Below are positions 1 to 8,897 of a DNA stretch of 64,000 nt, piece after piece. The stretch is from an uncultured virus (IMG/VR IMGVR_UViG_3300031783_000001) (Duplodnaviria > Heunggongvirae > Uroviricota > Caudoviricetes). The notes under the pieces were generated by a model. That model was not told the origin of the DNA and did no database searches. It was given only the letters and a program-made list of their open reading frames with translations. Positions within the stretch are counted from its first letter, which is position 1. Each line of letters opens with the position of its first letter. The stretch lies in the IMG/VR virus record IMGVR_UViG_3300031783_000001; one strand, given 5' to 3'. The position numbers were made by a program, and so were the translations under genes.

Positions 1-892
1 TTCGTTTCAAGGCAATATTGTAGTAATGTTTATCTATTTCTATACCTATGTATCTTCTCTTCGTGAGAATGCTAGCCAGAATTGTTGTTCCACTACCCAT
101 GAATGGGTCAAAAACAATTGCATCGGGGAGCGTAGTAAGTTCTATTAATATTTTACACAATTCTACAGGTTTCACAGACGGATGATCGTTGTAACTGCCT
201 TTTTCTTGTTTTTTGGGTTTTTCAACTAAAAAGTATTTGTCTATATTCGGTTCTATACTTATGGTACTCATAACATTTGCTATAAATTTGTTGTCACCCA
301 ACTTGACAAAAGTATTGAAAAGACCAACTTTGTACTTCTTGAAGTTTTCTAGTAACGAGCCCTCTGGTGGTTTTTGAGCGACTATTATCGGTTCAAAACA
401 GGACTTGACTTTTGGAACTTTGTAAACTTTGAGTAGTTCCATTAATTCTCTGTCTTTTCCTTCATTTTTCAGGAAGTGTTGTAGGCTCAATGCCTTAGGT
501 TGATTTTGCGTATACAGCCATATGAAAGTATCGCGCAAATGGAAACCAGCGTCTTCAGCGGCGCAAGCAAATCTATGATACAAACGGGGATGTGAAAAAG
601 CAAGTAACCACCCACCTGGTTTCAACACTCTTATCAATTCCTTACTTACTTCATAGAACCAGTCATAAGCTTTATAGCTCTGCTTAGGGTTAAACTTCAT
701 CCCTATTGGTAGATTCTTTACTACGCCTGATGACGACTTACCCTTTTCTACAGCCTTATGCGACCATTTTTGGTCAAGCTTGTCTAGAAAGTAGGGTGGA
801 TCTGTGAGCACTAAATCTATTGTGTTATCTTCTATTTGTTTTATTACATCAAATGCATCTCCCAAAATGATCTTGTTTACTAAGTTCTTCAT
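1..892 (-). CDS. DNA N4/N6 methyltransferase (beta-class order), 3' end runs off the window
   Basis: Manual translation from ATG at 892: MKNLVNKIILGDAF...DLVLTDPPYF (motif IV) ... HPSVKP ... DPFMGSGTT (motif I) ... IGIEIDKHYYNIALKR; open to position 1. Confidence 0.9.
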   Translation of the reverse strand, partial: MKNLVNKIILGDAFDVIKQIEDNTIDLVLTDPPYFLDKLDQKWSHKAVEKGKSSSGVVKNLPIGMKFNPKQSYKAYDWFYEVSKELIRVLKPGGWLLAFSHPRLYHRFACAAEDAGFHLRDTFIWLYTQNQPKALSLQHFLKNEGKDRELMELLKVYKVPKVKSCFEPIIVAQKPPEGSLLENFKKYKVGLFNTFVKLGDNKFIANVMSTISIEPNIDKYFLVEKPKKQEKGSYNDHPSVKPVELCKILIELTTLPDAIVFDPFMGSGTTILASILTKRRYIGIEIDKHYYNIALKR

Positions 893-1008
893 AAAGTTGT
901 AACAAATTTACTGAATGCTTTTCTGTGTAGAAAATCTTGTCGCGCAGTTGACTGAGATCAAATCTAAAAAATTAGTGCCATTTATGATTTATTCGATATA
1001 TTTGTATT

Positions 1009-3111
1009 GTGAATAGTAGCCTGAAGATCTCAAAAGACCTGGAAAAGGACTCACGAGACACAGAGACCCAGCTAGACAAAACTAGTGCGGAGAACTTGGG
1101 AAATACTCTGATGATAGGGTTTAGAGAAAAAACTCAAATGATTCAGAATGCCATACATAGCATAAGTATACAAAATATCAGATACAAAGTCATTGACTTT
1201 CTATCAAAATTAGAAGAATTACAGAGAAGATTATTTGAGAAGAAGAAGTTCGCCATCCGCACCGAATATTGCATCACGATGGACCGCATGCCTGAAGAGC
1301 TTTGGGACGAAGTGCTCCAAAACAAGGATCAACTGGTTGAGTGGCGGCAGCTGTATGGGGTAGACCCGCAGCCAACAAGAGACTTTCTCTGTGAGCACCC
1401 CTATCTGGTGGTGGACACCTGCCATTTCTCCGAGGACTTCAAATGGCGCTTGCTGGCGCACTTTGATGACTTGGACAAGGCTCTGGACGGCCTCCTCATC
1501 AAAAGCGAAAACTTCCAAGCGCTGAATCTGCTGCTGGAGCGGTATAGGGGACAGGTGAAGTGCATCTATATTGATCCGCCTTACAACACCGGCAACAACC
1601 AGTTCATATATAAGGACAATTATCAACACTCTAGCTGGCTATCAATGATGTCGGATCGCTTAACACTGGTAAGGGAATGGTTGCGGGAAGATGGTGCGAT
1701 TTTTGTAAGTTGTGATGATCACGAAGTCCACCACCTCAGAAAAATTGGCGACAGTTTGTGGCAGGCTATTGGTACTTTCGTTTGGGAGAAGAAGAAGAAG
1801 GGAAGCCACTTATCGCCCACCTTTCGTGACCTAACGGAGTATATTCTCGCCTACACAACTGACCTTAGCAAAATTGGAAGACTCTTCGGAGAAGAGGCTT
1901 ACTCAGGGAAGTGGCAATATCTTCTCAATCGTGCCAACGCGGAAGGTGAGCTACTTTTTCCAGCAAGAAAGGTTCATGCTGAATTAGACGACGGAACCTA
2001 TCCTGCAGGGACCTACGGAAATGGCGAAATGGCTGTTCAACTGCTGGATGATATAAGTGTGCAGGACGGCGTTATTCAAAATCAATTCCGAATGCGTGGT
2101 CGATTCACGTGGAAGCAAGAGACCCTAGATGAGGAGCTCAAGATAGGGAGCATTGTAAAGTTATCAAAGAACATGCGTCCGAATGTCCTTCGGGCTGATC
2201 AGGAAGAGAAAACAAAGAGGCCTCCCTCCTTAATCACGAAGGATATTGCTGCTTACGAAGATGCATTTGCTGAATTGAGCAACCTTTTTGGGGAGGTAAA
2301 ATATCCATACCCAAAACCCGTCGGCTTAGTTCGTTTCTTCATCAATGCGATGACATACTTCAACCCACAAGGTAATATCCTCGACTTCTTCGCTGGCTCT
2401 GGCACCACGGCTCACGCCGTTATCAACCTCAACCGCGAGGACGGCGGCCGGCGCAAGTACATCCTCGTGGAGATGGGAGACTACTTTGAGACAGTATTAC
2501 TGAAACGCATCAAGAAAGTCGTGTATAGCGATAGCTGGAAAAACGGCAAGCCTCAGAAAGGTAAAGGCATCAGCCACTTCTTCAAATACCTCTACCTTGA
2601 GCAGTACGAGGACACGCTGAACAACTTGGAGCTGCCGAGGGAGCAGGAGGGGCAGTTGGCGTTGGAGCAGTTTGGCGATGAATACCTTCTGCGCTACATG
2701 TTGAAATTTGAGACGCAGGGCAGCCCTTCCTTTCTGAATCTGGAGCAATTCCAAGACCCTTTCAACTACAAAATCAAGATACGGGAAGGCAACGAAACTC
2801 AAGAGCGTGTAGTGGACTTAGTGGAGACCTTCAACTACCTTCTGGGCATCCATGTAAAGAAAATGCGCCAATTTCAGGACAATGGACGCATCTATCGGGC
2901 GGTGCTAGGTGAAAAGAATGACAAGTCCATCGTTATCGTCTGGCGACCATCGAATGACCTAAACAGCCACCCTTCAGCTTTGCAACGTGACTATGAGTTC
3001 ATCAAACATACGATCCTCCCTATTTTACTTGGCAATGGGAAAAACCCAAACCTGTTACTCGTCAATGGCAATTGCTATGGGTCAGATGTCAAGTCTAGAA
3101 AAAATAAATAA
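1009..3111 (+). CDS. mod: Type III-like Mod adenine methyltransferase, copy 1 (orphan)
   Basis: IYIDPPYNTG, YPYPKP, ILDFFAGSGTTAHAV, GGRRKYILVEMG and a Mod-type C-terminus; no res gene nearby. Confidence 0.9.
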   Translation: MNSSLKISKDLEKDSRDTETQLDKTSAENLGNTLMIGFREKTQMIQNAIHSISIQNIRYKVIDFLSKLEELQRRLFEKKKFAIRTEYCITMDRMPEELWDEVLQNKDQLVEWRQLYGVDPQPTRDFLCEHPYLVVDTCHFSEDFKWRLLAHFDDLDKALDGLLIKSENFQALNLLLERYRGQVKCIYIDPPYNTGNNQFIYKDNYQHSSWLSMMSDRLTLVREWLREDGAIFVSCDDHEVHHLRKIGDSLWQAIGTFVWEKKKKGSHLSPTFRDLTEYILAYTTDLSKIGRLFGEEAYSGKWQYLLNRANAEGELLFPARKVHAELDDGTYPAGTYGNGEMAVQLLDDISVQDGVIQNQFRMRGRFTWKQETLDEELKIGSIVKLSKNMRPNVLRADQEEKTKRPPSLITKDIAAYEDAFAELSNLFGEVKYPYPKPVGLVRFFINAMTYFNPQGNILDFFAGSGTTAHAVINLNREDGGRRKYILVEMGDYFETVLLKRIKKVVYSDSWKNGKPQKGKGISHFFKYLYLEQYEDTLNNLELPREQEGQLALEQFGDEYLLRYMLKFETQGSPSFLNLEQFQDPFNYKIKIREGNETQERVVDLVETFNYLLGIHVKKMRQFQDNGRIYRAVLGEKNDKSIVIVWRPSNDLNSHPSALQRDYEFIKHTILPILLGNGKNPNLLLVNGNCYGSDVKSRKNK

Positions 3112-3113
3112 AT

Positions 3114-5102
3114 TTGAAGAGTCGGAACATGGCTGAGGATCAGACGGTTCGGCAGATTTTGCGAATGCAGGTCATACGCAGCATCGGATATAAGATCATT
3201 GAATTTTTAGCATGGTGGGAAGACTTTCAGAAAAGGCTATTTCAAAAGAAGAAGCTTGTCGTCCGCACCGATTATTGCATCACGATTGACCGCGTGCCCG
3301 AAGTGCTTTGGGACGAAGTGCTCCAAAACAAAAATCAACTGGCTGAGTGGCGGCAGCTGTATGGGGTAGACCCGCAGCTAACAAAAAAGTTTCTCTGTGA
3401 GCAACCCTATCTAGTAGTGGATACTCGCCACTTCTCTGAGGACTTCAAATGGCGCTTGCTATCGCACTTTGACGACTTGGACGAGGCTCTGGATGGCTTC
3501 CTCATCAAAAGCGAAAACTTCCAAGCGCTTAACCTGCTTATGGAAAAGTATCGCGGAAAAGTCAATTGTATTTATATAGATCCACCATACAACACGGGTC
3601 AAGATAGCTTTATTTACAAAGACCGCTACCAACATTCTTCGTGGCTTAGCATGATGCAACACAGGATGATACACGGAAAGCAACTGTTGAACAGTGAAGG
3701 TGTTTTTTTTATCTCTATAGACGATCATGAACAACACAGACTAAAAGGCTTGTTATGCGAGTTATTCAGCAAAGAAAACTTTATTTCTAATATAGTGTGG
3801 AGAAAAAAAAGGGTTAGGGGTAGAGGCGACGCATTTGTTATACCCCAAACAGAATACATACTGATCGTACTTGCAGATGGTAGCTCGCTATCCGGATTTT
3901 CTATAGAAAATTCAGATCCATCTAGGTTCAATCAGCAAGATGATGAGGGACCTTACTACTTGGCCCCCCTAGAACACTCTTCTCCACAAGGAGCTTATCA
4001 GAGAAAAAACTTGCAATATAAACTCATATTAGACGATAAAGAGATATACTGTCAGACAGGTCAGTGGCTTTGGAGTTTAGACAGGGTTTTGGAGGAGTAT
4101 GAGGCTGGGAACTTAGAGATAAAGCAAGATGAAAAAGGCAGGTGGCGTGCATTCAGAAAAATCAGACCAGGAGGAGAAAGACCAACTTCGCTGATTGATG
4201 ACAAAGACATGACGACAAATGCGGCATCAATACAAATAAAACACCTTTTTGGAAGCAACGTCTATGGCTATTCAAAACCGCATGAATTGATAATGTATTT
4301 GCTTTCTTTCCTCAAAGCCAAAAATATGCTTGTGGTTGACTTCTTCGCCGGCTCTGGCACCACCGCTCACGCGGTCATCAACCTCAACCGCGAGGACGGC
4401 GGCCGGCGCAAGTACATCCTTGTGGAGATGGGGGGCTACTTTGAGACAGTGCTACTGAAACGCATCAAGAAAGTCGTGTATAGTGATAGCTGGAAAGACG
4501 GCAAGCCTCAGAAAGGTAAAGGCATCAGCCACTTCTTCAAATACCTCTACCTTGAGCAGTACGAGGACACGCTGAACAACTTGGAGTTGCCGAGGGAGCG
4601 GGAGGGGCAGTTGGCGTTGGAGCGGTTTGGCGACGAATACCTCCTGCATTACATACTGGAATTTGAGACGCAAAGCAACCCTTCCCTGCTCAACATCAAG
4701 CAGTTACAAGACCCTTTCAACTACAAAATTAAAGTTTGTGAAGACAACGAAATCCGAGAGTGTGTGGTGGACTTAGTGGAGACCTTCAACTACCTTCTGG
4801 GCATACATGTAAAGAAGATGCGTCAATTTCAGGGCAGTGGGTGCCTCTATCGGGCGGTGCTGGGCGAGAAAGACGGTAAGCATATCGTCATCGTCTGGCG
4901 GCCTTTAGATAACACAAACAATGAACCTAGAACCTTAAGACAAGACCAACAGTTCATTGAACACACAATCCTCCCAGAACTGCTTGGCGAGAGTCAAAAA
5001 CCCGATCGGTTACTAGTCAATGGGAGTTGCTATGTGCCAGGAGCCGAGCCCATTGAGAATGAATTCAAAAAATTAATACGAGTAAATAATCAAGAAAAAT
5101 AA
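3114..5102 (+). CDS. mod: Type III-like Mod adenine methyltransferase, copy 2 (orphan)
   Basis: Same motifs (DPPYNTG, DFFAGSGTT). Near-identical to copy 1 outside a divergent central TRD. ATG at 3129 is an alternative start. Confidence 0.9.
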   Translation: MKSRNMAEDQTVRQILRMQVIRSIGYKIIEFLAWWEDFQKRLFQKKKLVVRTDYCITIDRVPEVLWDEVLQNKNQLAEWRQLYGVDPQLTKKFLCEQPYLVVDTRHFSEDFKWRLLSHFDDLDEALDGFLIKSENFQALNLLMEKYRGKVNCIYIDPPYNTGQDSFIYKDRYQHSSWLSMMQHRMIHGKQLLNSEGVFFISIDDHEQHRLKGLLCELFSKENFISNIVWRKKRVRGRGDAFVIPQTEYILIVLADGSSLSGFSIENSDPSRFNQQDDEGPYYLAPLEHSSPQGAYQRKNLQYKLILDDKEIYCQTGQWLWSLDRVLEEYEAGNLEIKQDEKGRWRAFRKIRPGGERPTSLIDDKDMTTNAASIQIKHLFGSNVYGYSKPHELIMYLLSFLKAKNMLVVDFFAGSGTTAHAVINLNREDGGRRKYILVEMGGYFETVLLKRIKKVVYSDSWKDGKPQKGKGISHFFKYLYLEQYEDTLNNLELPREREGQLALERFGDEYLLHYILEFETQSNPSLLNIKQLQDPFNYKIKVCEDNEIRECVVDLVETFNYLLGIHVKKMRQFQGSGCLYRAVLGEKDGKHIVIVWRPLDNTNNEPRTLRQDQQFIEHTILPELLGESQKPDRLLVNGSCYVPGAEPIENEFKKLIRVNNQEK

Positions 5103-5399
5103 GAATCTTATCCTACCAACAAGATAGCAGTGTTTAAATAACGCCCGTTCATAATCAACACCTCGACTTCCATTCTTGTTAATAATCTATCATTCTACTA
5201 TAATGAAACTTAATTGTAACACTGCCAAAGTTTGAACATTAGTAAATTTGTTCGTGTTTATTAAATTGCCCTACACAAAAATTTGCCAAGGTCCAGAAAA
5301 AATATCTTGTCTTGACGTAAAATTCTGGGTCAATGCTCATATCGGTGTGTAGCGAGTAGCATACAAGAAAAATTGAATAGATCACATCATCAATTCAAA

Positions 5400-5888
5400 A
5401 ATTCAATGGGCTTTATCAAAGACATCTCTAACACTAAGATTGGGAATTGGGTTTGTTCAAACCTGTCTGGCGATACCCACCATAGGAACTAGAAAGACTG
5501 GATAAAGAAGGGCTAATTGAGTGGTCTAGCAGTGGGAATCCTAGAAAAATAATCTATGCAGATGAGGTATCCCAGAAAGGTAAAAAAGGCAATATGTTTG
5601 GGACTTCAAGGATCCACCATACCCTTCCTATCCTACTGAAAAGAACTTAGAGATGTTGAAAGTCATAGTCCAATCCTCTTCAAATCCAGATGATATTGTT
5701 TTAGATTGTTTTGCAGGTTCAGGTACATCCCTGATAGCAGCCGAGACTTTAAGTAGAAGGTAGATTGGCATAGATAACTCAGAAATAGCTATAGAAACGA
5801 TACAAAAACGCCTTTTAGCTATTAAGAAAGTTTCTGCCTTTGAGGTCTATAAAATAAAGCAGACGGACTGCTCAACCTTTTGTAGTTG
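5400..5888 (+). pseudogene. Decayed DNA methyltransferase C-terminal fragment
   Basis: Reads ...KDPPYPSYPTEKNLEMLKVIVQSSSNPDDIVLDCFAGSGTSLIAAETLSRR*IGIDNSEIAIETIQKRL, with an in-frame TAG at 5761 where W is expected. Upstream part is frameshifted and the 5' limit is approximate. Confidence 0.8.
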
Positions 5889-5946
5889 AAAATTTAATAT
5901 TGTATTTTATTTTGCATATGCGGACTACTCAACCTTTTGTAGTTGA
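5863..5946 (-). repeat. Two 27-bp copies of the IS605 right-end hairpin separated by a 30-nt spacer
   Basis: acggactgctcaaccttttgtagttga (5863-5889) and gcggactactcaaccttttgtagttga (5920-5946); spacer 5890-5919. Confidence 0.85.
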
Positions 5947-7255
5947 GCTTCCTGCTTCGTCGCAGGATGGCTTTCGGGTAATCTCTATGTGCCATTAGGT
6001 TTTCGATAAATTAGCATATTTACGTAGCATGCAACGCAAACCGACACTAAAAGCGTTTAAGTATCGTATTTATCCTACCGATGCACAGGTTGTGTTCTTT
6101 GCTAAGACATTTGGGTGCTGTCGGTTTATCTGGAACAAAATGCTGGACGAGAAACTGCAAGCTTACAAGAAGAAAGAACGTATCCCACAAGACACGCCTG
6201 CCAAGTACAAAGACAAATTCCCATTTCTCAAAGAGGTAGACAGTTTCGCTCTTTGCAATGTACAACTGCAACTTGAGAAAGCATTCAAGGACCACTTCAG
6301 AAACCGAAAGCAATTCAAACTGCCAAAATTCAAAAAGAAAAGAGACAAGCAGTCGTATACTACGAACAACACACACAACTCAATAAGAGTAGATTTTGAT
6401 AGAGGATTCTTGTATCTACCAAAGATAAGAGAAGGTGTAAAGATTGAGTTACACAGAAAGTTTGATGGTAAGATCAAATCTGTTACTGTAAGCAGAACGA
6501 ATGATGGAAAGTACTACGCTTCTATTTTGGTAGAAACCGACAATAGAAGAAACAAAGTCGTAGAGCCTAAAAGCAAAGCTTGCGGAATAGATTTAGGACT
6601 TGAACACTTTGCGACTGTTACCAATGACTTCGGGAGTTGCAAAGTTGAGCATCCGAAGTACCTTCTGAAAGCTGAAGAAAGACTGAGAAGACTGCAAAGG
6701 GTTCTCTCACGAAAACAAAAGAGTTCAAAAAATAGGGAGAAGGCTAGACTGAGACTTGCGAAGCAGCACGCGTACATCACTAACGCTCGTAATGACTTTT
6801 TGCACAAGTTGTCCAAAGCCATCATAGACGAAAACCAAGTCGTGGTGGTGGAGGACATCAACGTAAAAGGCCTGCTGAAAACAAAACTTGCTAAGTCTGT
6901 TGCCGACAGCGGGTGGGCAAGGTTTCTGACCTACCTGAAGTACAAAGCGGAATGGTACGGGAGAACATTCATTCGGGCAGACCGCTTCTTCCCATCCTCA
7001 AAACTTTGCCACCGTTGCGGATACAAAAACGAAGACTTGGCATTACATGATAGAACGTGGTGCTGCCCTGCATGCAGTGAGACTCACGATAGAGACGTAA
7101 ACGCGTCTATTAACCTTTACTTCGTAGGGCTAGGACGGCCCGAAGTTACGCCTGTGGAGCAGGCTCTGGTGGATGACCGTAGCTCATATGGGCTACCTAA
7201 AAAGCCATCCTGCGACGAAACAGGAAGCTCAACTGAAAAAGATTGAGTAGTCCGC
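5920..7255 (+). mobile_element. IS200/IS605 (IS1341-like, tnpB-only) element bracketed by inverted right-end copies
   Basis: 5920-5980 is the reverse complement of 7196-7255 (aagccatcctgcgacgaa.caggaagctcaac...ttgagtagtccgc). No tnpA and no target-site duplication seen. Confidence 0.85.
6029..7246 (+). CDS. tnpB: RNA-guided endonuclease TnpB (IS605 OrfB family), catalytic triad intact
   Basis: N-terminal KAFKYRIYPT/FGCCRFIWN; RuvC-I GIDLG, RuvC-II VVEDINV, zinc finger CHRC..CPAC, RuvC-III HDRDVNA. Confidence 0.97.
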   Translation: MQRKPTLKAFKYRIYPTDAQVVFFAKTFGCCRFIWNKMLDEKLQAYKKKERIPQDTPAKYKDKFPFLKEVDSFALCNVQLQLEKAFKDHFRNRKQFKLPKFKKKRDKQSYTTNNTHNSIRVDFDRGFLYLPKIREGVKIELHRKFDGKIKSVTVSRTNDGKYYASILVETDNRRNKVVEPKSKACGIDLGLEHFATVTNDFGSCKVEHPKYLLKAEERLRRLQRVLSRKQKSSKNREKARLRLAKQHAYITNARNDFLHKLSKAIIDENQVVVVEDINVKGLLKTKLAKSVADSGWARFLTYLKYKAEWYGRTFIRADRFFPSSKLCHRCGYKNEDLALHDRTWCCPACSETHDRDVNASINLYFVGLGRPEVTPVEQALVDDRSSYGLPKKPSCDETGSSTEKD

Positions 7256-7696
7256 TTCTTTAATATTAACTTTATATATAACTTTTCTTTTACTTACATT
7301 GTATATTACTTCTTGACTTACTTCACCAGTCTTTAATAAAAGTATGGAATATATATTACCATTAGATGATTTTACCGTAATGTAAAGATCTTCAACATCA
7401 ATTTTCACAATTTCAAATTTAGAGCCTTTTTGCGAAAAGCCATGCTTATCTATTGATATTATTTTATGATCTCGACTTAAATAGTCATAGCATAATTTTA
7501 TCAATCTATTACTCTGTTTCATTTCTTGTTTTTTATAGTGGTAGAAATATATGGTTTCGTTTTTGTTGTAAAATATAGTTACACGCTGGCTATCAGATAC
7601 AGCAAGCGCTCCCTTAGGATACTCAAAATATTGCTTACTAACATTTTGTTCACCACTTATTTTGGAACTTATGTAATCTACAAAATCGGGTCTCAA
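7229..7696 (-). CDS. Hypothetical protein; C-terminus and stop supplied by the IS right end
   Basis: 155-aa ORF whose last residues (ADYSIFFS) are encoded in the 7229-7255 end hairpin. Confidence 0.55.
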   Translation of the reverse strand: MRPDFVDYISSKISGEQNVSKQYFEYPKGALAVSDSQRVTIFYNKNETIYFYHYKKQEMKQSNRLIKLCYDYLSRDHKIISIDKHGFSQKGSKFEIVKIDVEDLYITVKSSNGNIYSILLLKTGEVSQEVIYNVSKRKVIYKVNIKEADYSIFFS

Positions 7697-7829
7697 TACT
7701 CTTAAGTGATTAGCAACTTAGCATTTCGGCAACTTCCGTTGGCATTTGATTAACACGAATAAATTTACTAATTTCGTTCGAATAGACACATTGATATTAA
7801 AAGCAAAATGTTGATCAATATGCGTAAAT

Positions 7830-8762
7830 TTGCTTGTGCTTTTTGATTGGCCTTACATAAAAACTTGCAACTGTTCAGAAAACAAGCTATCCTGTCTTGA
7901 TGCCAAATCTTGGATTAGAGCGCAGATCGGTGTGTGGCGCGTGGCTTATGAAAAGTACGACATCAGAGACAAGACCATTCACCCTGCCACATTCCCTATA
8001 CAGCTAGCAAGAAGAGTCATAGAACTTTTCACACACGAAGGCGAACTCGTACTGGATCCATTTTGCGGTATAGGAACAACGCTACTAGCAGCTAAACAAC
8101 TAAACAGAAATGCCATAGGAATAGAAATAAACTCAAAATACGTAAAGATTGCTAATCAAAGATTGAATCAACACCTTAACTTATCCTCATCAAAACAAAT
8201 AGCTATATGCGACGATGCAATCAACATAGACAAACATATCGAAGGGCAAAAAGTAAAACTTGTTTGGACTTCTCCACCGTACATGACGTTACTAAATAAA
8301 GTAAGAGAAAATAAATCACGAAAGAATAGGAAAAATTATCAATACAATCAAATAGAACAGTACTCTAGACTACCTAACGATTTAGGAAATCAAGAAGATG
8401 AACTCTACTACTCTTCAATAAGAAGTATCTTTGAGAAAATAAAATCTGTTATAAGACCAGACGGACACTGTGTAATAAACGTAGGTGACTTCTACAGAGA
8501 CAACAAACTTGTACTACTGCATGAGGGGATAATAAGAACCATGAATAGTATAGGTTATAAACTAGAAAATGTGATTATTTGGGATAAGACAAACTTAGTG
8601 AATGGAACCGGTATATTTGGTTATCCTAAGCGTTACATGACAATGTACGTAACATACGAATACCTGCTTCATTTTGTGCGGACTGCTCAACCTTTTGCGG
8701 TTGAACTTCCTGCTTCGTCGCAGGATGGCTACGGTTTGCCAGGGCCTGCTCCACAGGCGTAA
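7830..8762 (+). CDS. N4-cytosine DNA methyltransferase (orphan); C-terminus extended by an IS end
   Basis: HPATFP, VLDPFCGIGTT (motif I), WTSPPY (N4C-type motif IV), IIWDK, YEYLLHF, then IS-derived RTAQPF... from 8678. Confidence 0.88.
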   Translation: MLVLFDWPYIKTCNCSENKLSCLDAKSWIRAQIGVWRVAYEKYDIRDKTIHPATFPIQLARRVIELFTHEGELVLDPFCGIGTTLLAAKQLNRNAIGIEINSKYVKIANQRLNQHLNLSSSKQIAICDDAINIDKHIEGQKVKLVWTSPPYMTLLNKVRENKSRKNRKNYQYNQIEQYSRLPNDLGNQEDELYYSSIRSIFEKIKSVIRPDGHCVINVGDFYRDNKLVLLHEGIIRTMNSIGYKLENVIIWDKTNLVNGTGIFGYPKRYMTMYVTYEYLLHFVRTAQPFAVELPASSQDGYGLPGPAPQA

Positions 8763-8897
8763 CTTCGGGCCGTCCTAGCCCTACGAAGTAAAGATTGATA
8801 GAGGCGTTTACGTCTCTATCATGATTCTCACCACACCCAGGGCAGCACCACGTTCTGTCATGTAGTGCCAAGTCTTCATTTTTGTGGCCACATCGAT
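8678..8897 (-). mobile_element. IS605 tnpB 3' fragment with omegaRNA/right end (internally deleted)
   Basis: Encodes RCGHKNEDLALHDRTWCCPGCGENHDRDVNASINLYFVGLGRPEVTPVEQAL and ends in ...gttgagcagtccgc at 8678. Confidence 0.9.

Noticed and set aside
1009..5102. Complete Type III restriction-modification system or SSR-driven phasevarion
   Set aside because: No res gene and no simple-sequence repeat tract in either mod 5' region
5761..5763. In-frame TAG as evidence of stop-codon reassignment
   Set aside because: Isolated case in an otherwise decayed gene; long genes translate fully in the standard code and neither tRNA is a suppressor
5863..5946. Calling a bona fide CRISPR array
   Set aside because: Only two repeats, both derived from the IS end, and no cas1/cas2 in the window; kept only as a finding
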